Below are positions 1 to 8,671 of a stretch of 64,000 nucleotides of DNA, piece by piece (within the stretch, counting starts at the first letter, position 1; every line of letters starts with the position of its first letter). The position numbers and the translations under genes were made by a program. Source of the stretch: Paracoccaceae bacterium. Lineage in GTDB: Bacteria; Pseudomonadota; Alphaproteobacteria; Rhodobacterales; Rhodobacteraceae. The stretch covers positions 1,516 through 65,515 of the forward strand of contig JAYTDA010000172.1 of assembly GCA_043736155.1 (NCBI GenBank), read 5' to 3'. The notes under the pieces were generated by a model. The model searched no databases. It saw only the letters and a program-made list of their open reading frames with translations, and was not told the origin of the DNA.

Positions 1-385
1 CCATCACCCGCGCTGCCGGATTGCCGTCGGCAAACACCAGATTGCGCGCCCCCCGCTTCAGATCACAGCCGTCAAACCCGGCGATTGCCGCTTTCAGCGC
101 CGCCAGATCGGGGGCAGCGGCGGCCAGATCGCGGGTGATACCGGCAGGGTCTGCCGCAGGGGCCCGCTCTGCCACCGGCAGCGCCACATCCCCAGGCAGC
201 GCCATGGCAACCGGCAGCGCCATGGCAACCGGCAGCGCCACAGCCACAGGGGCCGGGGCGGCACTGGCGACCTCTGCCACCTCATAGCGATTGATGGATT
301 GATCACCGATCGCCTCGGTCACCCCCAGGTCAACCTGCCATTCCAGCATTGCCCGCAGGCTGTGAAAATCGTCTGGCGCATCCAT
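1..385 (-). CDS. uracil-DNA glycosylase family 4 (5' part only; gene runs off the left edge)
   Basis: Not in the ORF track because there is no stop inside the window. My minus-strand translation from the ATG (plus-strand CAT 383-385) reads [35 protein letters not shown]...[36 protein letters not shown]. The [14 protein letters not shown] stretch is the usual entry into the family-4 UDG core. Confidence 0.6.
   Translation of the reverse strand, partial: MDAPDDFHSLRAMLEWQVDLGVTEAIGDQSINRYEVAEVASAAPAPVAVALPVAMALPVAMALPGDVALPVAERAPAADPAGITRDLAAAAPDLAALKAAIAGFDGCDLKRGARNLVFADGNPAARVM
177..248. repeat. about 4 tandem 18-bp units (GGCAGCGCCATGGCAACC and variants) inside the UDG linker
   Basis: Two perfect units at 195-212 and 213-230, with degenerate units either side. 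In frame on the minus strand they give (A-L-P-V-A-M)n. Confidence 0.8.
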
Positions 386-479
386 GGTGCAAAACTATGC
401 CCCTTGATGCCAGAGGTAAACCGGCTTGTCCCCCCCGCCCCCAGTTTCTATAGAGAGCCTGAGTGAACCGGAGGCTGCC

Positions 480-1439
480 ATGACTTTCCGCGCCCGCCAC
501 TTGTTGGGGATAGACCACCTGGCCCCGGATGAGATCCGCACCGTGCTGGATCTGGCAGACCGCTATGTCGATCTGAACCGCCGCACCAAAAGCGCCGATG
601 TACTGGCGGGGATGACCCAGATCAACATGTTCTTTGAAGCCTCGACCCGCACCCAGGCCAGTTTCGAGCTGGCGGGAAAGCGGCTGGGTGCCGATGTGAT
701 GACGATGCAGGTCGCCCATTCCTCGGTGAAAAAGGGCGAAACCCTGATTGATACCGCGCTGACGCTGAACGCGATGCACCCCGACCTCCTGGTGGTGCGC
801 CACCCCTCGTCCGGCGCGGTCAACCTGCTGGCGTCAAAGGTGAATTGTGCCGTGCTGAACGCAGGCGACGGCCGCCATGAACACCCGACACAGGCTTTGC
901 TCGACGCCCTGACCATTCGCCGCGCCAAGGGCCGGATACAGCGCCTGACCGTGGCGATCTGCGGCGACATCGCGCATTCCCGGGTGGCGCGGTCCAACCT
1001 GATCCTGCTGAGTAAAATGGAAAACCGCATCCGCCTGATCGGCCCGCCGACCCTGATGCCCGCCGGAGTGGCGGAGTTCGGCTGCGAGGTGTTTGACGAT
1101 ATGCGCGAAGGGCTGGCCGGCTGCGACGTGGTGATGATGCTGCGCCTGCAACGCGAGCGGATGGACGGCGGGTTTATCCCGTCGGAACGCGAATATTACC
1201 ACCGCTATGGCCTCGATGCCGAAAAGCTGGCCTTCGCAGCACCAGACGCCATCGTGATGCACCCCGGCCCGATGAACCGGGGGGTAGAGATTGACGGCTC
1301 CCTCGCCGATGACATCCGCCGCTCGGTGATCCAGGACCAGGTGGAAATGGGGGTGGCGGTGCGGATGGCCTGCATGGACCTCTTGGCGCGCAACCTGAAG
1401 GCGGAACGGGGACGTTTGGCCGCAGGGGTGATGGCATGA
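480..1439 (+). CDS. pyrB: aspartate carbamoyltransferase catalytic subunit
   Basis: [26 protein letters not shown]...[23 protein letters not shown]...HPTQALLD...: canonical ATCase motifs (STRT, HPTQ). The ATG at 480 was preferred to the track start at 426. Confidence 0.95.
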   Translation: MTFRARHLLGIDHLAPDEIRTVLDLADRYVDLNRRTKSADVLAGMTQINMFFEASTRTQASFELAGKRLGADVMTMQVAHSSVKKGETLIDTALTLNAMHPDLLVVRHPSSGAVNLLASKVNCAVLNAGDGRHEHPTQALLDALTIRRAKGRIQRLTVAICGDIAHSRVARSNLILLSKMENRIRLIGPPTLMPAGVAEFGCEVFDDMREGLAGCDVVMMLRLQRERMDGGFIPSEREYYHRYGLDAEKLAFAAPDAIVMHPGPMNRGVEIDGSLADDIRRSVIQDQVEMGVAVRMACMDLLARNLKAERGRLAAGVMA

Positions 1440-1441
1440 AT

Positions 1442-1521
1442 GTAGGTCGGGGCCTGCCCCGACTCCCCCGACTGCCCCGACTCCCCCGTGCCCCGGCGAG
1501 TCGGGGCAGGCCCCGACCTAC
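1442..1521. repeat. REP-like inverted repeat GTAGGTCGGGGCCTGCCCCGACTC ... GAGTCGGGGCAGGCCCCGACCTAC
   Basis: Perfect 24-nt arms (1442-1465 and 1498-1521) flank three tandem CCCCGACT(C/G) units. Related GTAGG...CCTAC elements occur at 33886-33941 and 34160-34213. Confidence 0.85.
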
Positions 1522-1571
1522 GGTGGCTCTCAGACCCTCATCCGATGTGCCGCCAGGCGGCAAAGGCCTAT

Positions 1572-1625
1572 GGTGCGTGCTTGCACGCACCACCCCTTGC
1601 GCCGGAATGGTGCGTGCAAGCACAC
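1572..1625. repeat. palindromic element GGTGCGTGCTTGCACGCACC plus a partial second copy
   Basis: 20-nt perfect palindrome at 1572-1591. GGTGCGTGCAAGCACAC follows at 1609-1625 in the pyrB-pyrC' spacer. Confidence 0.7.
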
Positions 1626-1766
1626 TCCCTGCGGTGGCACCATGAAGCGCCCGATGTCCGACGCCCGGATCGGCGGCATCGTCGCCACCGTGGTGCTGGT
1701 GGCGATGTTCGCTTTCGTCGGGCTGTTCATCTGGATGGGGAGTTGAGTTTGGTGAAAGACAGCCCC

Positions 1767-3032
1767 ATGATCCACCTGCAAAACGCCCGCCTGATCGACC
1801 CAGAGGCCCTGACCGACGCCCCCGGCTCCCTCACCATCGCCGATGGCCTCATCGCAGCCCTCAACCACCCCGCCCCCGTGGGTGCTACAATCATCGATTG
1901 CCACGGCCACCCCCTTGCCCCCGGCATCGTCGATCTCGGCGTCAAGGTCGGCGAACCCGGTGAACGCCACAAGGAAAGCTTCAAATCCGCCGCCCTCGCC
2001 GCCGCCGCCGGTGGCGTCACCACCCTCATCACAAGGCCAGACACCAACCCGGCGATCGACACCCCCGAAACCCTGGAATTCGCCTCGCGCCGCGCTGCCG
2101 AGGCGCAACAGGTCCGCTTTCACCACATGGCGGCGCTGACCAAGGGGCGGCTGGGGCGCGAAATGGTCGAGATCGGCTTTCTGCTCGACGCCGGGGCGAT
2201 TGCCTTTACCGATTGCGACCATGTCGTCGCCGATACCAGGGTGCTGGCCCGCGCCATGACCTATGCCCGCGGCCTTGGCGCGCTGATCGTCGCACACCCG
2301 CAAGACCCCGGCCTCAGCACGGGGGCCGCCGTCACCACCGGCAAGTTTGCCTCGCTGCGCGGGCTTCCGGGCGTGTCGCCGATGGCTGAACGCATGGGGT
2401 TCGACCGCGACATGGCGCTGGTGGAGATGACCGGGGTGAAATACCACGCCGACCAGATCACCTCGGCCCGCACCCTGCCCGCCCTTGCGCGGGCAAAACG
2501 CAACGGCCTTGATGTCACCGCAGGCACCTCGATCCACCATCTGACGCTGAACGAGCTCGACGTCGGCGACTATCGCACCTTCTTCAAGGTCAAACCGCCG
2601 TTGCGGTCTGAAGACGACCGGCTGGCGATGGTCGAAGCGGTGGCGTCCGGGCTGATCGACGTGATCTCCTCCATGCACACGCCGCAGGACGAGGAAAGCA
2701 AACGCCTGCCCTATGAAGAGGCGGCGTCCGGCGCGGTGGCACTGGAAACCCTGCTGCCCGCCGCGATGCGGCTCTATCATTCCGGCGACCTGACCCTGGC
2801 GCAACTGTTCCGCGCCCTGGCGCTGAACCCGGCGCGCCGCCTTGGCCTGCCGTCCGGCCGCCTTGCCGTCGGTGCCCCCGCCGATCTGGTGCTGTTCGAC
2901 CCCGCGGCACCTTTTGTGCTCGACCGCTTCACCCTGCGGTCAAAATCGAAAAACACCCCGTTCGATGGTCAGCGGATGGAGGGCAAGGTGATCGCCACCT
3001 TTGTCGGAGGGCTACAGGTTTTCGCCGCCTGA
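1767..3032 (+). CDS. dihydroorotase-like protein (PyrC'-type; metal-binding HxH not conserved)
   Basis: MIHLQNARLIDPEA... is amidohydrolase/DHOase-like throughout and sits next to pyrB. The N-terminal metal motif reads GIVDLGVKVGEPGERHKE instead of D-x-H-x-H. The ATG at 1767 was preferred; the 93-aa extension in the track is translated REP sequence. Confidence 0.8.
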   Translation: MIHLQNARLIDPEALTDAPGSLTIADGLIAALNHPAPVGATIIDCHGHPLAPGIVDLGVKVGEPGERHKESFKSAALAAAAGGVTTLITRPDTNPAIDTPETLEFASRRAAEAQQVRFHHMAALTKGRLGREMVEIGFLLDAGAIAFTDCDHVVADTRVLARAMTYARGLGALIVAHPQDPGLSTGAAVTTGKFASLRGLPGVSPMAERMGFDRDMALVEMTGVKYHADQITSARTLPALARAKRNGLDVTAGTSIHHLTLNELDVGDYRTFFKVKPPLRSEDDRLAMVEAVASGLIDVISSMHTPQDEESKRLPYEEAASGAVALETLLPAAMRLYHSGDLTLAQLFRALALNPARRLGLPSGRLAVGAPADLVLFDPAAPFVLDRFTLRSKSKNTPFDGQRMEGKVIATFVGGLQVFAA

Positions 3033-3047
3033 CTCCCGCCCCCGGAG

Positions 3048-3094
3048 CTTGTTTTTCGCGCAAATACTCCGGGGTGCGGGGCAGCGCCCCGCTG
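3048..3094. repeat. REP family CTTGTTTTTCGCGCAAATACTCC plus GC hairpin
   Basis: Near-identical copy CTTGTCTTTCGTGCAAATACTCC at 14597-14619. A looser relative (TTTTCTGTTCAAAAATATCCC) is at 19835-19858. The hairpin GCGGGGC-AGC-GCCCCGC follows here. Confidence 0.75.
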
Positions 3095-3109
3095 CTTGTT
3101 GCCGCCGCC

Positions 3110-3586
3110 TCACACCGGCAAAGCCGTGGTGTATTTGGTCTGCCGCAGCACCAGTGCGGTATTGCTGGACCGCACCACCCCCAGTGCCAGCAATTCGCGC
3201 ATGATGAACTGTTCCAGCGCCTCGGGGTCACTGGCAAACACCTTCAGCAGATAGTCGGCGGATCCGGTGATGGTGGCGCATTCCACCACCTGATCGTGGC
3301 GCTGCACAAAGGCGTCGAACCTTGCAATCGTCGCCTCGGAATGATCGACCAGGGTGATGTTCAGATAGGCCACGGCGCGCAACCCCAGCGCCCGGGGTGA
3401 GACCATCGCCACTTGCCCCACGATCAGCCCCGCCTCCTGCATCCGCTTCAGCCGCCGCCAGCAGGGCGACGCCGACAGGCCGACACGCGCTGCCAGATCC
3501 TGGGTGCTGATGGTTGCATCTTGCTGCACCAGCCGCAGGATATGGCGGTCGAACCCATCAAGGTCGGTCGACGGATCACGTAGCAT
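3110..3586 (-). CDS. Lrp/AsnC family transcriptional regulator
   Basis: LDGFDRHILRLVQQDATISTQDLAARVGLSASPCWRRLKRMQEAGLI... (HTH followed by an AsnC-type ligand domain). Divergent from phhA. Confidence 0.9.
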   Translation of the reverse strand: MLRDPSTDLDGFDRHILRLVQQDATISTQDLAARVGLSASPCWRRLKRMQEAGLIVGQVAMVSPRALGLRAVAYLNITLVDHSEATIARFDAFVQRHDQVVECATITGSADYLLKVFASDPEALEQFIMRELLALGVVRSSNTALVLRQTKYTTALPV

Positions 3587-3722
3587 GGCATTCCCCGTTT
3601 TGGCGGACAGGTGGAATTCCTTACCGCATATTGGCTTGATTTCACCAAGAAAGACAGATTATTCCCGCAAATGGCGCTAAACTTTGGGTATTCATGCCAC
3701 AGGTGTCCCCAAAGGGTGTCCG

Positions 3723-4520
3723 ATGCCGATCTCCACCGCCTATCAAGCCATGCTGCCTGATGCGAACGGCCATATCACCTATAGCGCCGCCGATGATGCG
3801 GTGTGGCACGACCTTTATGCCCGCCAGGTCCCGGCGGTGCGCCGGCATGGCGCCGCCGCGTTTCTCGACGGGCTCGACCGGTTGGCGCTGCCCGCTACCC
3901 ATGTACCGCAATGCACCGAGGTTTCGGCGCGGTTGAAGGACCTGACCGGGTGGCAAGTCACCCCGGTTCCGGCGCTGATCCCGTTTGGCCGGTTTTTTGC
4001 GCTGTTGTCGCAACGCATCTTTCCCGCCGCCTCCTTTATCCGCTCGCGCCGGGATTTCGACTATATCGAAGAGCCGGATATCTTTCACGAAATCTTCGGC
4101 CATACCCCCTTGTTGACCGACCCGCGCTTTGCCGCCTTTTCGCAGGTGATCGGGGAAACCGGGCTCAGGGCCGACAAGGCGGATTATCCCTGGCTGATCC
4201 GGCTCTATTGGTTTTCCATCGAATTCGGGCTGATCCGCGAACAGGGCCGGATCAAGGGGCTGGGCTCCGGCATCGCCTCGTCCCCCACCGAACTGATCTG
4301 GGCGGTTACGGATGCCACCCCCGAACGCCGCGCCTTTGATGTCATCGACATTCTGCGCACTCCGTACCGGATCGACATTCCACAACCGGTCTATTTCGTG
4401 ATCGACAGCCTGGACCAATTGTTCAACGCCGCCAGCCGCGATTTGCTGGCTGACATTGCCCATGCCCGGCGACTTGGGTTGCATGCGCCGAAATTCCCGC
4501 CCAAGGCATTGTCGGCCTGA
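3723..4520 (+). CDS. phhA: phenylalanine 4-hydroxylase
   Basis: ...DYIEEPDIFHEIFGHTPLLTDPRFAAFSQ...WFSIEFGL... is the aromatic amino acid hydroxylase iron site (H-x4-H, E). The ATG at 3723 has an upstream AAGGG; the track start at 3684 is a TTG. Confidence 0.9.
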   Translation: MPISTAYQAMLPDANGHITYSAADDAVWHDLYARQVPAVRRHGAAAFLDGLDRLALPATHVPQCTEVSARLKDLTGWQVTPVPALIPFGRFFALLSQRIFPAASFIRSRRDFDYIEEPDIFHEIFGHTPLLTDPRFAAFSQVIGETGLRADKADYPWLIRLYWFSIEFGLIREQGRIKGLGSGIASSPTELIWAVTDATPERRAFDVIDILRTPYRIDIPQPVYFVIDSLDQLFNAASRDLLADIAHARRLGLHAPKFPPKALSA

Positions 4521-4615
4521 AGGGCGCGGAACCGGGGCCGGAGAACCGCGCGCCCTCCCGGCGGCCTTGTGCGCCTCCCTCCCCCTTGTGGCAGGTCTGT
4601 CGCAGTTCACAGGAT

Positions 4616-4742
4616 CCTCTCCCCTGACCCCGCTCGGAAGCCGGACAGGGGCTTGGGGGGAGAGGTCGTCGCGCCATCTCCGGTCCTGCTGATCGCCCAA
4701 AGCAATAGCCTTGCCCCTCGTGGGGAGGGTCGGGGTGGGGGG
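4616..4742. repeat. REP cluster (CCTCTCCCCTGACCCC...GGGGGGAGAGG hairpin and GAGGGTCGGGGTGGGGG box)
   Basis: Hairpin at 4616-4665. The GGGAGGGTCGGGGTGGGGGG box near 4722-4742 recurs at 24712-24728. The CTCTCCCCTGACCCC motif recurs in reverse inside carB (near 30280-30300). Confidence 0.75.
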
Positions 4743-4840
4743 ATAAGGCGGGCCCCCATCGCCGATCCGCCGTTGAAATCTGGACAATTGCCGACCATGG
4801 TTTAAGGCTTGGCGCAACTCTACCAGATCAGGACCCCCCA

Positions 4841-5452
4841 ATGCCCGCCCTCACCACCTCCCTGCCCCTTCTGGCACTGGTTGCCCTGCTGGCCTACTTG
4901 CTGGGGTCGGTGCCGTTCGGCATTTTGATCACCCGCGTCCTGGGGCTTGGCGACCTGCGCCAGATCGGGTCGGGCAATATCGGTGCCACCAATGTGCTGC
5001 GCACCGGCAACCGGCGGGCGGCGGCGGCGACACTGCTGCTCGATGCCGCCAAGGGGGCGGTGGCGGTGCTGCTGGCGCGGGCTGCAGCGGGCGAAGACGC
5101 GGCGCAACTGGCGGGGCTGTGTGCCTTTCTCGGCCATCTGTACCCGGTGTGGCTGCGGTTCAGGGGGGGCAAGGGGGTGGCGACCTTCCTTGGCATCTTG
5201 CTGGCACTGGCCTGGCCGGTGGGTCTGGCCGCCTGCGCCACCTGGGCCGTTACCGCCGCTGTCACCCGGGTCAGTTCGCTGTCGGCCCTGATGGCGGCGG
5301 CGCTGTCAACGCTGTGGCTGTTGCTGTTCAACCAGGGCCAGATCTTCCTGCTGGTCATCCTCCTGACCCTGCTGGTCTATCAGCGCCACAGTGCCAACAT
5401 CACCCGCCTGCGGGCGGGGACAGAGCCGAAGATCGGCGCGAAACAGCCCTGA
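4841..5452 (+). CDS. plsY: glycerol-3-phosphate acyltransferase PlsY
   Basis: LGSVPFGILITRVLGLGDLRQIGSGNIGATNVLRTG...FRGGKGVAT: typical PlsY motifs and a multi-TM protein. Confidence 0.92.
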   Translation: MPALTTSLPLLALVALLAYLLGSVPFGILITRVLGLGDLRQIGSGNIGATNVLRTGNRRAAAATLLLDAAKGAVAVLLARAAAGEDAAQLAGLCAFLGHLYPVWLRFRGGKGVATFLGILLALAWPVGLAACATWAVTAAVTRVSSLSALMAAALSTLWLLLFNQGQIFLLVILLTLLVYQRHSANITRLRAGTEPKIGAKQP

Positions 5453-5460
5453 TCCGGCGG

Positions 5461-5730
5461 CTATTTCGAGGCCAGCTTTTCCACGGCATCTGCGGTGCGC
5501 TTGGTGTTCTGATAGATGCCCAGCCCCATATACAGCAGGCCGCCGATGAAAACGACGTAAATGCCGCCACCGATCAGAATGCCAAGCCCGGCCAGCGGGC
5601 CGCTTGGACCACCGGGACCCATGCCACCGGAAAACGCCGCCATCGCGGCAAAGACCACCACGCCGACCGCCAACAGGACCACGACGACGTTTACAAGTTT
5701 CTCGAACGAATTGATGAAGAAGTCTCTCAT
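5461..5730 (-). CDS. small membrane protein, unknown function
   Basis: MRDFFINSFEKLVNVVVVLLAVGVVVFAAMAAF...GILIGGGIYVVFIGGLLYMGLGIY has two or three hydrophobic helices. The ATG at 5730 was preferred. Confidence 0.5.
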   Translation of the reverse strand: MRDFFINSFEKLVNVVVVLLAVGVVVFAAMAAFSGGMGPGGPSGPLAGLGILIGGGIYVVFIGGLLYMGLGIYQNTKRTADAVEKLASK

Positions 5731-5853
5731 TCGGTGAACTCCGATTTCCAAAGGGTGTCTGCGTCACGCCATCGCGTGCCGCAAACCGGATTCGGCGCTT
5801 TGTTCACGAAAAAGTCAACGCATTCCTTGTGGTATTCAGCAGCGGCACCACAA

Positions 5854-7218
5854 TCAATAGCGCGCCGCCCCATATATCTGGCTCAAATCGCCGCCCCAGT
5901 CGCCGTTGAAATGCGCCAGCATGGCATCGGCCTGCACCTGTCCGCTCTCGACATGCCCCATCAGCACATCCAGATAGGGCACCTCATCCGTCCTGCCGTT
6001 GCCAGCCCGGGCCCGCGCCGTCAGCCCGGCGGCTGAAATCGCCAGCACTTCGCGCGCCAGATCGCGCATCTTCACGCCGCCCGCCTCGGCCTGCAAGCCA
6101 TCCACCGACGCCGCCACCCGCAGCGCCTCTCGGGTCTCGGCGGACCAGCCTTTGGCCACATCCCATGCGGCATCCAGCGCACTCTGGTCATACATCAGCC
6201 CAACCCAAAAGGCGGGCAGCGCCGCCAGATGGGCGACATCGCCACAATCGGCACCGCGCATTTCGATATAGCGCTTCATCCGCGCTTCCGGGAATACCGT
6301 GGTCAGATGGTCGGCCCAGTCGCTCAGCGTCGGGGTCTGGCCCGGCAAGGCCGGCAGATCTCCCTTCAGGAAATCGCGGAAGCTCTGGCCAAGCGCATTG
6401 ATGTACCGCCCGTCGCGGTAGACAAAATACATCGGCACATCCAGCACATAGTTCGCCCAGGCCTCGAACCCGAACCCCGGCTCAAACACCCAGGGCAGCA
6501 TCCCGGTACGGGCGTCATCCAGCCCCCGCCAGATCCGCGACCGCCAGCTTTTGTGGCCGTTGACCTTGCCTTCAAAGAACGGCGATGCGGCAAACAGCGC
6601 GGTTGCCACCGGCTGCAACGCCAGGGACACCCGCATCTTCTGCACCATGTCGGCCTCGGAAGCGAAATCGAGGTTCACCTGCACCGTACAGGTGCGGTAC
6701 ATCATCTGGGTGCCATGGCTGCCAACCCGGCCCATGTAATCGGTCATCAGCCGGTAGCGCCCCTTGGGCATCATCGGCATCTGCTCATGGCTCCAGACCG
6801 GGGCAGCCCCCAGCCCGATGAATCCCACCCCCATCGGCCCGGCGATCTCGGCCACTTCGGCCAGATGGCTGCGGGTTTCGGCGTCGGTCTGATGAATGCT
6901 GTCGAGCATCGCGCCCGACAGTTCGAACTGCCCGCCGGGTTCCAGCGACACATTGGCACCCGCCCGGGTCAGGCCGATGATCCGGCCCTGTTCCTGCACT
7001 TCCTTCCAGCCAAAGCGGTCGCGGAGCCCCTCCATCAGGGCCTTGATCGAGCGCGGGCCGTCATAGGGCAGCGGCGCAAGACTGTCGGTCAGAAAGCCGA
7101 ACTTTTCATGCTCGGTGCCGATGCGCCATTCGGATTTGGGTTTGCAGCCAGAGGCGAGGAACTCGGCCAGCTGGTCGATATGGTCAATCGGTCCGCCGCC
7201 GGACTGGGGAATCGACAT
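5854..7218 (-). CDS. gshA: glutamate--cysteine ligase (plant/alphaproteobacterial type)
   Basis: MSIPQSGGGPIDHIDQLAEFLASGCKPKSEWRIGTEHEKFGF...YIEMRGADCG... matches GCS2 plant-type GCL across its full length. Start moved to the ATG at 7218. Confidence 0.9.
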   Translation of the reverse strand: MSIPQSGGGPIDHIDQLAEFLASGCKPKSEWRIGTEHEKFGFLTDSLAPLPYDGPRSIKALMEGLRDRFGWKEVQEQGRIIGLTRAGANVSLEPGGQFELSGAMLDSIHQTDAETRSHLAEVAEIAGPMGVGFIGLGAAPVWSHEQMPMMPKGRYRLMTDYMGRVGSHGTQMMYRTCTVQVNLDFASEADMVQKMRVSLALQPVATALFAASPFFEGKVNGHKSWRSRIWRGLDDARTGMLPWVFEPGFGFEAWANYVLDVPMYFVYRDGRYINALGQSFRDFLKGDLPALPGQTPTLSDWADHLTTVFPEARMKRYIEMRGADCGDVAHLAALPAFWVGLMYDQSALDAAWDVAKGWSAETREALRVAASVDGLQAEAGGVKMRDLAREVLAISAAGLTARARAGNGRTDEVPYLDVLMGHVESGQVQADAMLAHFNGDWGGDLSQIYGAARY

Positions 7219-7368
7219 GGGCAGGCTCCGATCTGTTGCGGCGCCAGAGGTGTCTTGTCGGGCCGGGCAAGTCAAGGGGAGGCGGGTGGCAGAACACTGG
7301 CCAGGCCCTCGCCCCACGCCGCCCCGGCCCCCGAGCCGGGGCCTCCCGCGCACCGCTGCACACAACCC

Positions 7369-7884
7369 TCACCGCGCCAGCCGCACCGGCCTTCGCCAGA
7401 CCACCCGGTCGGCCGGGTCCGCTGTCTCCAGTGCCGCCAGCAGCTGTGCCATATCCAGCCCCGGCAGGGCGGCAAAGCTGTCAAACAGCGCCTCTGCCCC
7501 CAGCGCCTCCACCGGCACCGGCACCGGTGCACCGGCCATCGATGCCATGCGCCAGACCTGCTGCCCCGCGCCATCGCGGATCAGCGCCAGTTCGACCAGA
7601 TCGGGCATCCCGACAAAGCCGCCACCAAACGGGCCAAGGTAGGCCATCTGCCCTTCGACCACCCGGACAATGCCGGGGGCGGTGGCGTCGCGCGAAAACC
7701 GCAACCGCCGCCAGCCGATCAGCGCCAGCGCCGCCCCCAGCGCCACAACGCCGCTGCCGACCAATGCCAGAAAACTGCCGCCCCGGGTCGCCAGCCACAG
7801 CCCCGCCAGCGCCACCGCCGCCGCAATCTCCACTTCACGCCAGCGCCGGATCAGGGCGGCGACTTCGGGGCGCAGGTAACTCAT
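7369..7884 (-). CDS. hypothetical membrane protein
   Basis: MSYLRPEVAALIRRWREVEIAAAVALAGLWLA...VVALGAALALIGW has two TM helices. ATGA overlap with the rsmE stop (7881-7884). Confidence 0.5.
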   Translation of the reverse strand: MSYLRPEVAALIRRWREVEIAAAVALAGLWLATRGGSFLALVGSGVVALGAALALIGWRRLRFSRDATAPGIVRVVEGQMAYLGPFGGGFVGMPDLVELALIRDGAGQQVWRMASMAGAPVPVPVEALGAEALFDSFAALPGLDMAQLLAALETADPADRVVWRRPVRLAR

Positions 7885-8606
7885 CCCCAATCCCCCAGTT
7901 GCGCCTGCCACAGGGTCAGGGCGGCAACAGCGGCGGTATCGGCGCGCAGGATGCGGGGGCCGAGGCTGGTGGCGACCAACTGTGGCAGGGCGCGCAGGCG
8001 GGCCTGTTCGGCGTCGGAAAAGCCGCCTTCGGGGCCGGTCAGGATCGCCCAGGGCTGGCCTTTGGTGGCCTGCGGCAACGGGCGGGTACCCTGCCCCGCC
8101 AGATGTTCATCGCACCACAGCAGGTGCCGGTCGGCGGGCCAGGTGGCCAGCAGGTGCTCCAGCGCCACCAGATCCGCCACTTCGGGCACAAAGGTGCCGC
8201 CACATTGTTCCGCAGCTTCAACCGCATGGGCCTGCAACCGGTCCTGCCGCACCCGTTCGGCATTGGTGAACTGGGTCTGCACCGGGATGATCCGCGCCAC
8301 CCCCAGTTCCGCCGCCTTTTCCACGATGAAATCGGTGCGCGCCTTCCTGATCGGGGCAAACAGCAGCCACAGGTCGGGCGGCAGACGCAAGGGTGCTGTC
8401 TGCTCCACACAGCTCAGCTCCCCCCCCCGTTTGCCGGTTTTGCCGACCGTGGCCCGCCATTCGCCATCGCGCCCGTTGAACAGAAAGACCGGGGCCCCCG
8501 GTTCCAGCCGCATCACCGCAAACAGGTAATGCGCCTGTGCCTCGTTCACTGCGACAGCTTGCCCCGGGCCAAGCGGTTGATTTACATAAAGCCTGATCCG
8601 CGCCAT
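7881..8606 (-). CDS. rsmE: 16S rRNA (uracil1498-N3)-methyltransferase
   Basis: MARIRLYVNQPL...FLFNGRDGEWRA...ILTGPEGGFSDAE...LGPRILRADTA: RsmE hallmarks. ATG at 8606. Confidence 0.85.
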   Translation of the reverse strand: MARIRLYVNQPLGPGQAVAVNEAQAHYLFAVMRLEPGAPVFLFNGRDGEWRATVGKTGKRGGELSCVEQTAPLRLPPDLWLLFAPIRKARTDFIVEKAAELGVARIIPVQTQFTNAERVRQDRLQAHAVEAAEQCGGTFVPEVADLVALEHLLATWPADRHLLWCDEHLAGQGTRPLPQATKGQPWAILTGPEGGFSDAEQARLRALPQLVATSLGPRILRADTAAVAALTLWQAQLGDWG

Positions 8607-8671
8607 CGTTACCCTGCCGCCTGGTTGACCTGCCGCCTGAATTGCCCCTGCATAGGACCGGAGACCCCAGA

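Noticed and set aside
1488-1766. 93-aa N-terminal extension of the dihydroorotase-like ORF, and the small ORF 1436-1645
   Set aside because: Both consist of translated REP palindromes. The conserved DHOase-like sequence starts at the ATG at 1767.
6229-8529. 766-aa plus-strand ORF spanning gshA, a membrane protein gene and rsmE
   Set aside because: It is antisense to three well-supported genes. Its translation is Arg/Pro/Gly/His-rich low-complexity sequence, as is typical of high-GC antisense frames.
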